A stretch of DNA of 64,000 nucleotides. Source: the human T2T-CHM13v2.0 reference genome, Homo sapiens. Of this stretch, positions 1-12,600 are shown piece by piece (position 1 is the stretch's first letter; the number at the start of each line of letters is the position of its first letter). A program made the translations under genes and the position numbers. The DNA is taken from assembly GCF_009914755.1 (NCBI RefSeq), contig NC_060944.1; one strand, written 5' to 3'. The notes below the pieces were generated by a model. The model made no database searches. It saw nothing but the letters and a program-made list of their open reading frames with translations, and was not told the DNA's origin.

Positions 1-3000
1 AGCAGTTTTGAAACACTCTTTGTAGTATCTGGAAGTGGACATTTGGAGCGCTTTGAGGCCTATGGTGAAAAAGGCGAAATCTTCACATAAAAATTAGACA
101 GAAGCATTCTCAGAAACTTGTTTGACGTGTGTGTACTCAGCTCACAGAGTTGAACTTTTCTTTTGATACAGCAGTTTTGAAACACTCTTTTTGTAGAATC
201 TGCAAGTGGATATTTGAATAACTTTGAGGCTTTCGTTGGAAACGGGAATATCTTCACATAAAAAGTAGACAGAAGCATTCTCAGAAACTTCTTTGTGATG
301 CTTGCATTTAACTCACAGAGTTGAACATTCCTTTTCATAGATCAGTTTTGACACACTCTTTTTGAAAAATCTGTAGGTGGAAACTTGGAGCGTTTTGAGG
401 CCTATGGTGCAAAAGGAAATATCTTACCATAAAAACTAAACAGAAGAATTCTCAGAAACTTATTTTAGATGTGTGTACTAAACTCAAAAAGTTGAACTTT
501 TCTTTTTATAGAGCAGTTTTGGGACACTCTTTTTGCACAATCTGCAAGTGTATATTTTGATAGTTTTGAGGATTTCCTTGTAAATGGAAATATCTCCACG
601 TAAAAACTAGACAGAAGCATTCTCAGAAATTACTTTGTGATGCTTGAATTCAACTCACCGAGTTGAACATTCCCTTTCATAGAGCACTTTTGAAACACTC
701 TTTTTGTGGTATCTGGAAGTGGACATTTGGAGTGCTTTTGAGGCCTGTGGTGAAAAAGGGAATATCTTCCCATAAAAACTAGACAGAAGCATTCTCGGAA
801 ACTTCTTTGTGATGTGTGTACTCATCTCACAGAGTTGAACCTTCCTTTTGATACAGCAGTTATGAAACACTCCTTTTGAAGAATCCGCAAGTGGATATTT
901 GTATAGATTTGAGGCTTTCATTGAAAATGGGGATATCTTCACATAAAAACTAGACAGAAGCATTCTCGGAAATTTCTTTGTGATGCTTGCATTCAACACA
1001 CGGAGTTAAACCCTCGTTTTCATAGAGCAGTTTTGAAACACTCTTTCTGAAGAATCTGTAGGTGGAAACTTGAAGCGCTTTGAGGCCTATGGTGGAAAAG
1101 GAAATATCTTACCTTAAAAACTAGACAGAAGAATTCTCAGAAACTTCTTTGTGATGTGTGTACTCAACTCACAGAGTTGAACGTTTCTTTTGATAGAGGA
1201 GTTTTGAAACACTCTTTTTGTAGACTCTGCAAGTGGATATGTGGATTGCTATATGGATTTGGCCGGAAACGGGAATATCCTCGCTTAAAAACTAGATAGA
1301 AGCATTCTCAAAAACTTCCTTTTGACATTTGCGTTCAACTCACAGAGTTGAACATTTCCTTTCATAGAGCAGTTTTGAAAAACTCTTTTTGTAGAATCTG
1401 GAAGTGGACTTTTGGAGGGATTTGAGACCTGTGGTGAAAAAGGAAACATCTTCACATAAAATGAAGACAGAAGGATTCTCAGAAACTACTTTGTGATGCG
1501 TGTACTCAAATCACAGTGTTAAACATTTCTTTTGATACAGCAGTTTTGAAACACTCATTTTATTGAATCCGTAAGGGGATATTTTGACAGATTTGAGACC
1601 TTCGCTGGAAATGGTTATATCTTCACATAAAAACTAGACAGAAGCATTCTCAGAAACTTCTTTGTGATGTTTGAATTCAAGTCACAGAGTTGAACATTCC
1701 CTTTCATAGAGCAGTTTTGAAACACTCTTTTTGTAGTATCTGGAAGTGGACATTTTGAGCGCTTTGAAGCCTACGGTGAAAAAAAAGTCTTCACATAAAA
1801 ACTAGACAGGAGCATTCTCAGAAACTTCTTTGTGATGTGTGTACTCAACTCACAGTGTTGAAACTTTCTTTTGATACAGCAGTTTTGAAACACTCCTTTT
1901 GTAGAATCTGCAAGTGGATATTTGGATACTTTTGAGGCTTTCGTTGGAAACGGGAATATCTTCACATAAAAACTAGAAAGAAGCATTCTAGGAAACTTCC
2001 TTGTGATGTTTGCATTCAACTCACAGAGTTGAACACTCCTTTTCATAGAGCAGTTTTGAAACACTATTTTTCAAGAATCTGCACGTGGACATTTGGAGCG
2101 ATTTGAGACATATGGTGAAAAAGGAAATATCTTCACATAAAAAGCAGACAGGAGAATTCTCAGAAACTTCTTTGTGATGTGTGCACTCAACTCACAGAGA
2201 TGAATTTTTCTTTTGATGGAGCAGATTTGAAACACTCTTTTTGGAGAATCTGCAAGTGGATATTTGGATAGCTTTGAGGATTTCGTTGGAAGTGATAATA
2301 TCTTCTTATAAAATCTAGACAGAAGCATTCTCAGAAACTTCTATATGATGTTTGCATTCATGTCACAGAGATGAACATTCCCTTTCATAGGGCAGTTTTG
2401 AAACACTCTTTTGTAGTGTATGGAAGTGGACATTTTGAGCGCTTTGAGGCATATGGTGAAAAACGAAATATTTTCACATAAAAACTAGACAGGAGCACTC
2501 TCAGAAACTCCTTTGTGGTGTGTGTACTCAACTCACAGAGTTGAACCTTTCCTTTGATACAGTAGTTTTGAAACACTCTTTTTGTAGAATCTGCAAGTGG
2601 ATATTTGGATAGCTTTGTGCATTTCATTGGAAACGGGAATATCTTTACAGAAAAACTAGTGAGAGTCATACGCAGAAACATCTTTGTGATGTTTGCATTC
2701 TACTCACAGAGTTGAAGATTCCTTTTCATAGAGCAGTTTTGAAACACTCTTTTTGAAGGATCTTCAAGTGGATATTTTAAGCGATTTGAGACCTATGGTG
2801 AAAAAGGAAATATCTTCACATAAAAACAGACAGAAACCTTCTCTTAAAATGCTTTGTGATGTGTGTACTCAACTCACAGCATTAAACATTTCCTTTGATA
2901 GAGCAGTTTGGGAACACTCTTCTTGTAGAATTTAGAAGTGGATATTAGGACAGCATTGAGGATTGCGTTGCAAACGGGAATATCTTCACATAAAACTAGA

Positions 3001-6000
3001 CAGAAGCATTCTCAGAAACTACTTTGTGATGTGTGCATTCAACTTGAAGAGCTGAAACTTTCTTTTGATAGAGTAGGTTGGAAACACTCTTTTTGTAGAA
3101 TTTGCAAGTGGATCTTTGGACAGCTTTGAGGACTTTGCTGGAAGTATGTATATCGTCACATAAAAACTAGATAGAAGCATTCTCAGAAATTTATTTGTGT
3201 TGCTTGCATTCAACTCACAGTGTTGAACATTCCTTTTCGTAGAGCAGTTTTGAAACACTCTTTTTGTAGGATCTGTAAGTGGAAACTTGGAGCACTTCGA
3301 GGCCTATGGTGAAAAAGGAAACTAGACAGAAGAATTCTCAGAAACTTTTTTGTGATGTGTGTACTCAACTCACAGAGTTGAACTTTTCTTTTGATAGAGC
3401 AGTTTTGAAACACTGTTTTTGTAGTATCTGCAAGTGGTTATTTGGATAGATTTGAGGATTTCGTTGGAAAAGGGAATATCTTCACATAAAAACTAGACAG
3501 AAGCATTCTCAGAAACTACTTTGTGATGTTTCCATTCAAGTCACAGAGGTGCACATTCCTCTTCATAGAGCAGTTTTGAAACAATCTTTTTGTAGTATCT
3601 GGAAGTGGACATTTGGAGCGCTTTGAGGCCTATGTTGAAAAAGGAAATATCTTCCCATGAAAACTAGACAGAAGCATTCTCAGAAACCTGTTTGTTATGT
3701 GTGTACTCAACTCACAGAGTTGAACCTTTCTTTTGATACAGCAGTTTTGAAGCACTCTTTTTGTAGAATCTGCCAGTGGATATTTGGATAGCTTTGAGGA
3801 TTTCGTTGTAAACAGGAATATCTTCATATAAAAACTAGACAGAAGCATTCCCAGAAACTTCTTTGTGATGATTCCATTCAAGTCATAGTGTTGAACATTC
3901 CCTTTTGTAGAGCAGTTTCCAAACACTCTCTTTGTAGTATCTGGAAGTGGACTTTTGGAGCGCTTTGGGGCCAATGGTGAAAAAGGAAATATCTTCCCAT
4001 AAAAACTAGACAGAAGCATTCTCAGAAACTTGTTTGTGATGTGTGCCCTCTACTAACAGAGTTGAACCTTTCTTTTCATAGAGCAGTTTGAAACACTCTT
4101 TTTGTAGAATCTGCAGGAGGATATTTGCATAGCTTTGAGGATTTCGTTGGAAACGGGATTGTCTTCAGATAAAATCCAGACAGAAGCATTCTCAGAAACT
4201 TCTTTGGGATGTTTGCATTCAAGTCACAGAGGAGAACATTCCCTTTCGTAGAGAAGGTTTGAAACACTCTTTTTGTAGTATCTGGAAGTGGACATTTGGA
4301 GCGCTTAGAGGCCTATGGTGAAAAACCAAATATCTTCACATAAAAACTATACAGGAGCATTCTGAGAAACTTCTTTGTGATGTCTGTACTCAACTCACAG
4401 AGTTGAACCTTTCTTTTCATACAGCAGTTTTGAAACCCTCTTTTTGTAGAATCTGCAAGTGGATATTTGCATAGCTTTAAGGCTTTTGTTGGAAATGTGA
4501 ATATCTTCACTTAAAAATTAGAGAGAAGAATTCCCGGAAACTTCTTTGTGTTGTTTGCATTCAACTCGCAGAGTTGAACATTCCTTTTCATAGAGCAGTT
4601 ATGAAACACTCTTTTTCAAGAATCTGCACGTGTACATTTGGAGTGATTTGAGACCTATGAAGAAAAATGAAATATCTATCTTCACATAAAAAGCAGACAC
4701 AAACATTCTCAGAAACTACTTTGTGATATGTGTACTCAACTCACAGAGTTAAAAATTTCCTTTGATACAGCAGTTTTGAAACACTCTCCTTGTAGAATTT
4801 ACAAGTGGATATTAAGACAGCATTGAAGATATCGTTGGAAACGGGAATATCTTCACATACAATTAGACAGAAGCAGTCTCAGAAACTTCTTTGTGATGTG
4901 TGCATTCATCTCACAGAGTGGAAACTTTCTTTCAATAGAGCAGATTGGAAACAATCTTTTTGTAGTATTTGCAAGTGGATATTTGCATATTTGCACAGCT
5001 TTGTGACCTTTGCTGAAACGAGTATATCTTCACATAAAAGCTAGACAGAAGCATTCTCTGAAACTTCATTGTGATGCTTGCATTCAACTCACATTGTTGA
5101 ACATTCCTTTTCATAGAGCAGTTTTTAAACACTCTCTTTCTTGAATCAGTAAGTGGAAAATAGGAGCGCTTTGAGGCCTATGGTGAAAAAGGAAACATCT
5201 TCTCATAAAAACTAGAGAGAAGAATTCTCAGAAACTCCTTTGTAATGTGTATACTCAACTCACAGAGTTTTACTTTGCTTTTGATAGAGAAGTTTTGAAA
5301 CACTCTTATTGTAGAATCTGCAAGTGGATATTTGGATAGCTTTGAGGATTTCGTTGTAAACGGGAATATCTTCACATCAAAACTAGACAGAAGCATTCTC
5401 AGAAACGTCTTTGTGATGTTTCCATTGAAGTCACAGAGTTGAACATTCCCTTTCATAGAGCAGTTTTGAAATACTCTTTTTGTAGTATCTGGAAGTCTAC
5501 ATTTGAGGCGCTTTGAAGCCTACGGTGAAAAAGGAAATATCTTCCCATAAAAACTAGACAGAAGCATTCTCAGAGACTTGTTTGTGATGTGTGTTCTCAA
5601 AAAACAGGGTTGAACCTTTCTTTTGATCGAGCAGTTTTGAAACACTGTTTTTGTAGAATCTGCCAATGGATATTTGGATAGCTTTGAGGATTTCACTGGA
5701 AACGGGAATATCTTCATATGAAATCTAGACAGAAGCATTCTCAGAAACTTCTTTGTGATGTTTGCATTCAACTCACAGAGTTTAACATTCCCATTCATTG
5801 AGCAGTTTGGAAACACTCTTTCTGCAGTATCTGGAAGTGGATATTTGGAGCGCTTTGAAGCCTATGGTGAAAAACCAAATATCTTCACATAAAAACTACA
5901 CAGGAGCATTCTCAGAAACTTCTTTGTGATGTGTGTACTCAACTCACAGAGTTGAACCTTTCTTTTGATACAGCACATTTAAAGCACTCCTTTTGTAGAA

Positions 6001-6600
6001 TCTGCAAGTGGATATTTGGATAGCTTTGAGTCTTCGTTGGAAAAGGGGATATCTTCACATAAAACTAGAGAGAAGGACTCCCGGAAAAATCTTTGTGATG
6101 TTTGCATTCAACTCACAGAGTTGAACATTCCTTTCCGTAGAGCAGTTTTGAAACACTCTTTTTGAAGAATCTGCACGTGGACATTTGTAGCGATATGAGA
6201 CCTATGGTGAAAAAAGAAATATCTTCCCATAAAAAGCAGACAGAAATATTCTCGGAAACTTCTTTGTGATGTGTGTACTCAACTAACAGAGTTGAAACTT
6301 TCTTTTGATAAAGCAGTTTGAAACACTCTTTTATTGAATCCGCAAGGGGATATTTGTATAGCTTTGAGGCTTTCGTTGGAAACGGGAATATCTTCACATA
6401 AAAAGTAGACAGTAGCATTCTCAGAAACTTCTTTGTGACGCTTGCATTCAACTTAAAGAGTTAAATATTCCTTTTCATAGAGCAGTTATGAAACACTCTT
6501 TTTCTAGAATCTGTAGGTGGAAACTTGGAGCGCTTTGAGGCCTATGGTCAAAATGGAAATATCTTCCCATAAAAAATAGGCAGAAGAATTCTCAGAAACT
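1..6600 (+). repeat. Older divergent alpha-satellite layer (SF5/R1-R2-like), mostly A/B alternating
   Basis: Both monomer types mostly carry CAACTCACAGAG, GAGCAGTTTTG and ATCTTCACATAAAAACTAG, rather than the CAACTAACAG, CAAGTCACAG and GAGCAGGTTTG seen downstream. Copies are highly divergent. The family label is from recalled consensus features and the boundary is approximate. Confidence 0.65.
231..247 (+). promoter_or_regulatory. CENP-B box (example of an intact copy in the old layer)
   Basis: TTTCGTTGGAAACGGGA matches the nTTCGnnnnAnnCGGGn core. Intact or decayed boxes recur roughly every 340 bp through the window. Confidence 0.9.
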
Positions 6601-9600
6601 TTGTTGGGTTGTGTGTACTCAACTCACAGAGTTGAACTTTTCTTTTCGTAGAGCAGTTTTGAAACACTGTTTTTGTAGAATCTGCAAGTGGATATTTGGA
6701 TAGCTTTGAGGATTTCGTTGGATACGGGAATATCTTCATATAAAATCTAGACAGAAGCATTCTGAGAAACATCTTTGTGATGTTTGCATTCAAGGCACAG
6801 AGTTGAACATTTCCTTTTACAGAGCAGGTTTGACACACTCTTTTTGTATTATCTGGAAGTGGACATTTGGAGCTGTTTGAGGCCTATCGTGAAAAAGGAA
6901 ATATCTTCCCATAAAGACTAGACAGAAACATTCTCAGAAACTTGTTTGTGATGTGTGTTCTCAACTAACAGAGTTTTACCTTTCTTTTGACAGAGCAGTT
7001 TAGAAACACTCTTTTTGAAGAAGATGCAAGTGGATATTTGGATAGCTTTGAGGATTTCGTTGGAAATGGGAATATCTTCATGTAAAATCTAGACAGAAGC
7101 ATTTTCAGAAACTTCTTTGTGATGTCTGCATTCAAGTCACAGAGTTGAACATTCCCTTTCATAGAGCAGATTTAAATCAGTCTTTTTGAAGTATCTGGAA
7201 TTGGACATTTGGAGCGCTTTTACGCCTATGGTGAAAAAGGAAATATCTTCCCATAAAAACCAAGACAGAAGCATTCTCAGAAACTTGTTTGGGATGTGTA
7301 TACTCAACTAACAGGGTTGAAACTTTCTTTTGACAGAGTTTGTAAACACACTTTTTGTAGAATCTGCAAGTGGATATTTGGATAGCTGTGAGGATTTCGT
7401 TGGAAACGGGAATAGCTTCATATAAAATCTAGACAGAAGCATTCTGAGAAACAACTTTGTGATGTGTACATTCAAGTCACAGGGTTCAGCATTCCCTTTC
7501 ACAGAGCAGGTTTGAAACACTCTTTCTGTAATTTCTGGAAGTGGACATTTCGAGCGCTTTGGGGCATACAGTGAAAAAGTAATTATCTTCCCTTAAAAAA
7601 TAGATGGAACCATTCGCAGAGTCATGTTTGTGATATGTGCACTCAACTAACAGAGTTGAACCTTTCTTTTGATAGAGGACATTTGAAACACTCTTTTTGT
7701 AGAATCTGCAATGGATATTTGGATAGCTTTGATGGTTTCGTTGGAAACGGGAATGTCTTCATAGAAAATCTAGACGGAAGCATTCTCAGAAACACCTTTG
7801 TGATGTTTGCACTCAAGTCACAGAGTTGAACATTCCCTTTCAAAGAGCAGGTTTGAAATACTCTTTCTGTAGAATCTGGAAGTGGGCATTTGGAGCGCTT
7901 CGAGGACTATGGTGTAAGAGGAAATAACTTCCCATAAAAAGTAGATAGAAGCAATCTCAGAAACTTGTTTATGATGTGTCTAATCATCTAAAAGAGTTGA
8001 AACTTTCTATTGATAGAGCACTTTCAAAACATTCTTTTTGTGGAATCCGCAAGTTGATATTTTGATAGCTTTGAGGATTTCTTTGGAAACAGGAATAACG
8101 AAATATAAAATCTAGACTGAAGCATTCTCAGAAACTTCTTTGTGATGTCTGCATTCAAGTCACAAAGTTGAACATTCCCTTTCAGAGAGCACGTTTAAAA
8201 CACCCTTTTTGTAGTATCTGGAAGTGCACATTTGGAGCGCTTTGATGCATATGGTGAAAAAGGAAATATCTTCCCATGAAAACTAGACAGAAGCATTCTA
8301 AAAACTTCTTTATGTTGTATATATTCAACTAACAGAGTTGAACCTCTCTGTTGATAGAGCAGTTTTGAAACACTCTTTTTGGAGAATCTGCAAGTGGATA
8401 TTTGGAGAGCTTTGAGGATTTCGTTGGAAACTGGAATACATATAAAAAGTAGATAGCAAAATTCTCAGAAACTTCTTTGTGATGTTTGCATTCAAGTTAC
8501 AGAGTTGAACATTTTCTTTCACAGAGCAGGTTTGAAACACTCTTTCTGTAGTATTTGGAAGTGGACATTTCGAGCGCTTTGAGACCTACGGTGGAAAAGG
8601 AATTATCTTCCCATAAAAAATAGACAGAAGCATTCTCAGAATCATGTTTGTGATGTGTGTACTCAACTAACACAGTTGAACATTTCTTTTGATAGAGCAC
8701 TTTCGAAACACTCTTTTTGTAGAATCTGCAAGTGGATATTTTGATAGCTTTGAGGATTTCGTTGGAAACGGGAATGTCTTCATAGAAAATCTAGACAGAA
8801 GCATTCTCAGAAACACCTTTGTGATGTTTGCATTCATGTCACAGATTTGAACATTCCCTTTCATAGAGCAGGTTTGAAACACACTTTTTGTAGTATCTGG
8901 AAGTGGACATTTGGAGTGCTTCAAGGCCTATGGTGAAAAAGGAAATATCTTCCCATAAAAACTAGACAGAAGCAATCTCAGAAACTTGTTTATGATGTAT
9001 CTAAAAATCTAACAGAGTTGAAATTTTCTATTGACAGAGCGCTTTTGAAACACTCTTTTTGAGGAATCTGCAAATGGATATTTGGACAGCTTTCAGGTTT
9101 TCGTTGGAAACCGGTTTCTCTTCATAGAAAATCTAGACAGAAGCATTCTCAGAAACACCTTTGTGATGTTTGCCTTCATGTCACACAGTTGAACATACTC
9201 TTTCATAGATCAGATTTGAGCCACCATTTTTGTAATATCTTGAAGTGGACATTTCGTGAACTTTGAGGCCTATGGTGAAAAAGGAAATATCTTCCCATAA
9301 AAAGGAGATAGAAACAATCTCAGAAACGTGTTTATGATGGATATACACAACTAACAGAGTTGAACCTTTCTATTGATTGAGCCGATTTGAAACACACTTT
9401 TTGTGGAATCTGCAAGTGGATATCTAGATAGCTTTGACGATTTCGTTGGAAATGGGCATACATATAAAAAGTAGACAACAGCATTGTCAGAAACTTCTTT
9501 GTGATGTTTGAATTCAAGTCACAGAGATGAACATTCCCTTTCATAGAGCAGGTTTGAAACACTAATTTTGTAGTATCTGAAAGTGGACATTTGGAGCGCT

Positions 9601-12600
9601 TTCCGGCCTAAGGTGAAAAAGGAAATATCTTCCCATAAAAACTAGACAGAAGCATTCTCAGAAACATATTTGTGATATGTGTCGTGAACTAACAGAGTTG
9701 AACCTTTCTTTTGACAGAGCAGTTTTGAAAAATTCTTTTTGTATAATCTGCTAGTCGATATTTGGATAGCTTTGAGGATTTCGTTGGAAACGGGAATTTC
9801 TTCATGTAAAATATTGACAGAAGTATTCAGAGCAACATCTTTGTGATGTTTCCATTCAAGTCACAGAGTTGAACATTCCCTTTCATAGAGCAGGTTTAAA
9901 ACACTCTTTTTGTGGTATCTGGAAGTGGACATTTAGAGCGCTTTGAGGCCTATTGTGAAAAAGGAAATATCTTCCCATAAAAACTAGACAGAAGCATTCT
10001 TAGAATCATGTTTGTGATGTGTGTACTCAACTAACAGAGTTGACCCTTCCTTTTGATAGAGCACTATTGAAACACTCTTTTTGTAGAATCTGCAAGTGGA
10101 TATTTGGATAGCTTTGAGGATTTCGCTGTAAACGGGAATGTCTTCATAGAAAATCTAGAAAGATGCATTCTAAGAAACTTCTTTGTGATGTCTACATTCA
10201 AGTCACAGATTTCAACATTCCCTTTCTTAGAGCAGGTTTGAAGCACTCTTTTTTTTTTTAGTATGTGGAAGTGGATATTTGGAGAACTTTGAGGCCTATG
10301 GGGAAAAAGGAAATATCTTCCCATAAAAACTAGACAGAAGCATGCTCAGAATCACGTTTGTGTTGTGTGTACTCAACGAACAGAGTTGAAGCTTTCTTTT
10401 GATAGAGCACTTTTGAAACACTCTTTTTGTAGAATCTGCAAGTGGATATGTGGATAGCTTTGAGGATTTCGTTGGAAACGGGAATATCTACATACAAAAT
10501 CTAGACAGAAGCATTCCCGGAAACACCTTTGGGATGTTTGCATTCAAGTCACAGAGTTGAACATTCCCTTTCATAGAGCAGGTTTGAAACAATCTTTTTG
10601 TAGTATCTGGAAGTGGACATTTGGAGCGCTTTCTGGCCTATGGTGCAAAAGGATATATCTTCCGAAAAAAACTAGTTAGAACCAATCTCAGAAACTTGTT
10701 AATGATATATCTACTCAACTAATATAGTTGAAGCTTTCTATTGATAGAGCAGTTTTGAAACACTCTTTTTGTGGAATCTGCAATGGATATTTGGATAGCT
10801 TTGAGGTTTTCGTTGGAAACGGGAATAAATAAAAAATAGACAACAGCAATCTCAGAAACTTCTTTGTGATGTTTACATTCAAGTCAAAGAGTTGAACATT
10901 CCCTTTCATAGAGCAGGTTTGAAACACTCATTTTGAAGTATCTGGAAGTGGACGTTTGTAGCGCTTCCAAGCCTATGGTGAAAAAGGAAATATCTTCCCC
11001 TAAAAGCTAGTCAGAAGCATTCTCACAAAGTTGTTGGTGATGTTTGTACTCAACTAAGAGAGTTCAAACTTTCTTTTGACAGAGGAGTTTCGAAACCCTT
11101 TTTTTGTAGAAGCTGCAAATGGATATTTTGATAGCTTTGAGGATTTCGATGGAAACGGGCATATCTTCTTATAAAATCTAGAAAGAAGCATTCTCAGAAA
11201 CATCTTTCTAATGTCTGCATTCAAGTCACAGAGTTGAATGTTCCCTTTCATAGAGCAGGTTTGAAACACAATAATTGTACTATGTGGAAGTGGACATTTG
11301 GAGGGCTTTGAAGCCTATGGTCAAAAAGGAAATATCTTCCCATAAAAACTAGACAGAACCATTCTCATAAACATATTTTTGATGTCTGTCCTCAACTAAC
11401 AGACTTGAAACTTTCTTTTGCTACAGCAGTTTTGAAACACTCTTTTTGGAGATTCTGCAAGTGGATATTTCAATAGCTTTGAGGATTTCGTTGGAAACGG
11501 GAATACACATAAAAATTAGACAGCAGCATTCTCAGAAACATCTTTGTGATCTTTGCATTCAAGTCACAGATTTGAAAATTCCCCTTCATAGAGCAGGTTT
11601 GAAAATCTCTTTTTGTAGTATATGGAAGTGGACATTTGGAGCGCTTCCAAGCTTATGGTGAAAAAGGAAATATCTTCCCCTAAAAACTAGACCGAAGCAT
11701 TCTCAGAAACATGTTTGTGATGTGTGTATTCAACTAACTGATTTGAACCTTTCTTTTGATACAGTAATTGCGAAACCCTCTTTTTTGTAGAAGCTGCAAG
11801 TGGATATTCGGATGGCTTTGAGGATTTCGATGGAAATGGGCATATCTTCATAGAAATCCAGACAGAAGCATTCTCAGAAACTTCTTTGTGATGTCTGCAT
11901 TCAAGTCACAGAGTTGAACGTTCCGTTTCATAGAGCAGGTTTGAAACACATTTTTGTACTATCTGGAAGTGCATATTTGTAGCGTTATGAAGCCTATGGT
12001 GAAAAAGGAAATATCTTCCCATGAAAACTAGACAGAAGCATTCTCAGAAACTTGTGTGTCATGTGTGTTCTCAACTAACAGTGTTGAATCTTCCTTTTGA
12101 TAGAAGAGTTTTGAAACACTCTTTTTGTAGAATCTGCAAGTGGATATTTGGATAGATTTGAGGATTTCGTTGTAAACGGTAATATCTTCATATACAATCC
12201 TGACAGAAGAATTCTGAGAAAATCTTTGTGATGTTTCCATTCAAGTCACAGAGTTGAACATTCCCTTTCATAGGGCAGGTTTGAAACACTCCTTTTGTAG
12301 GATCTGGAAGTGGACATTTGTAGCGCTTTCAGGACTATGTTGGAAAAGGAAATATCTTCCCATAAAAACTAGACAGAAACATTCTCAGAAAGTTGTTTGT
12401 GATGTGTGTACTCAACTAACAGAGTTGAACCTATCTTTTGATAGACCACTTTTGAAACACTCTTTTCGTAGTATCTGCAAGTGGATATTTGGATAGCTTT
12501 GAGGATATCGTTGGAAACGGGAATATCTTCATATAAAATCTAGACAGAAACATTCTGAGAAACATCTTTGTGAAGATTCCATTCAAGTCACAGAGTTGAA

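Noticed and set aside
10249-10259. T11 run resembling a retroelement tail or terminator
   Set aside because: It is an expansion of the consensus CTCTTTTTG T-tract within an otherwise normal monomer, and may be a homopolymer error.
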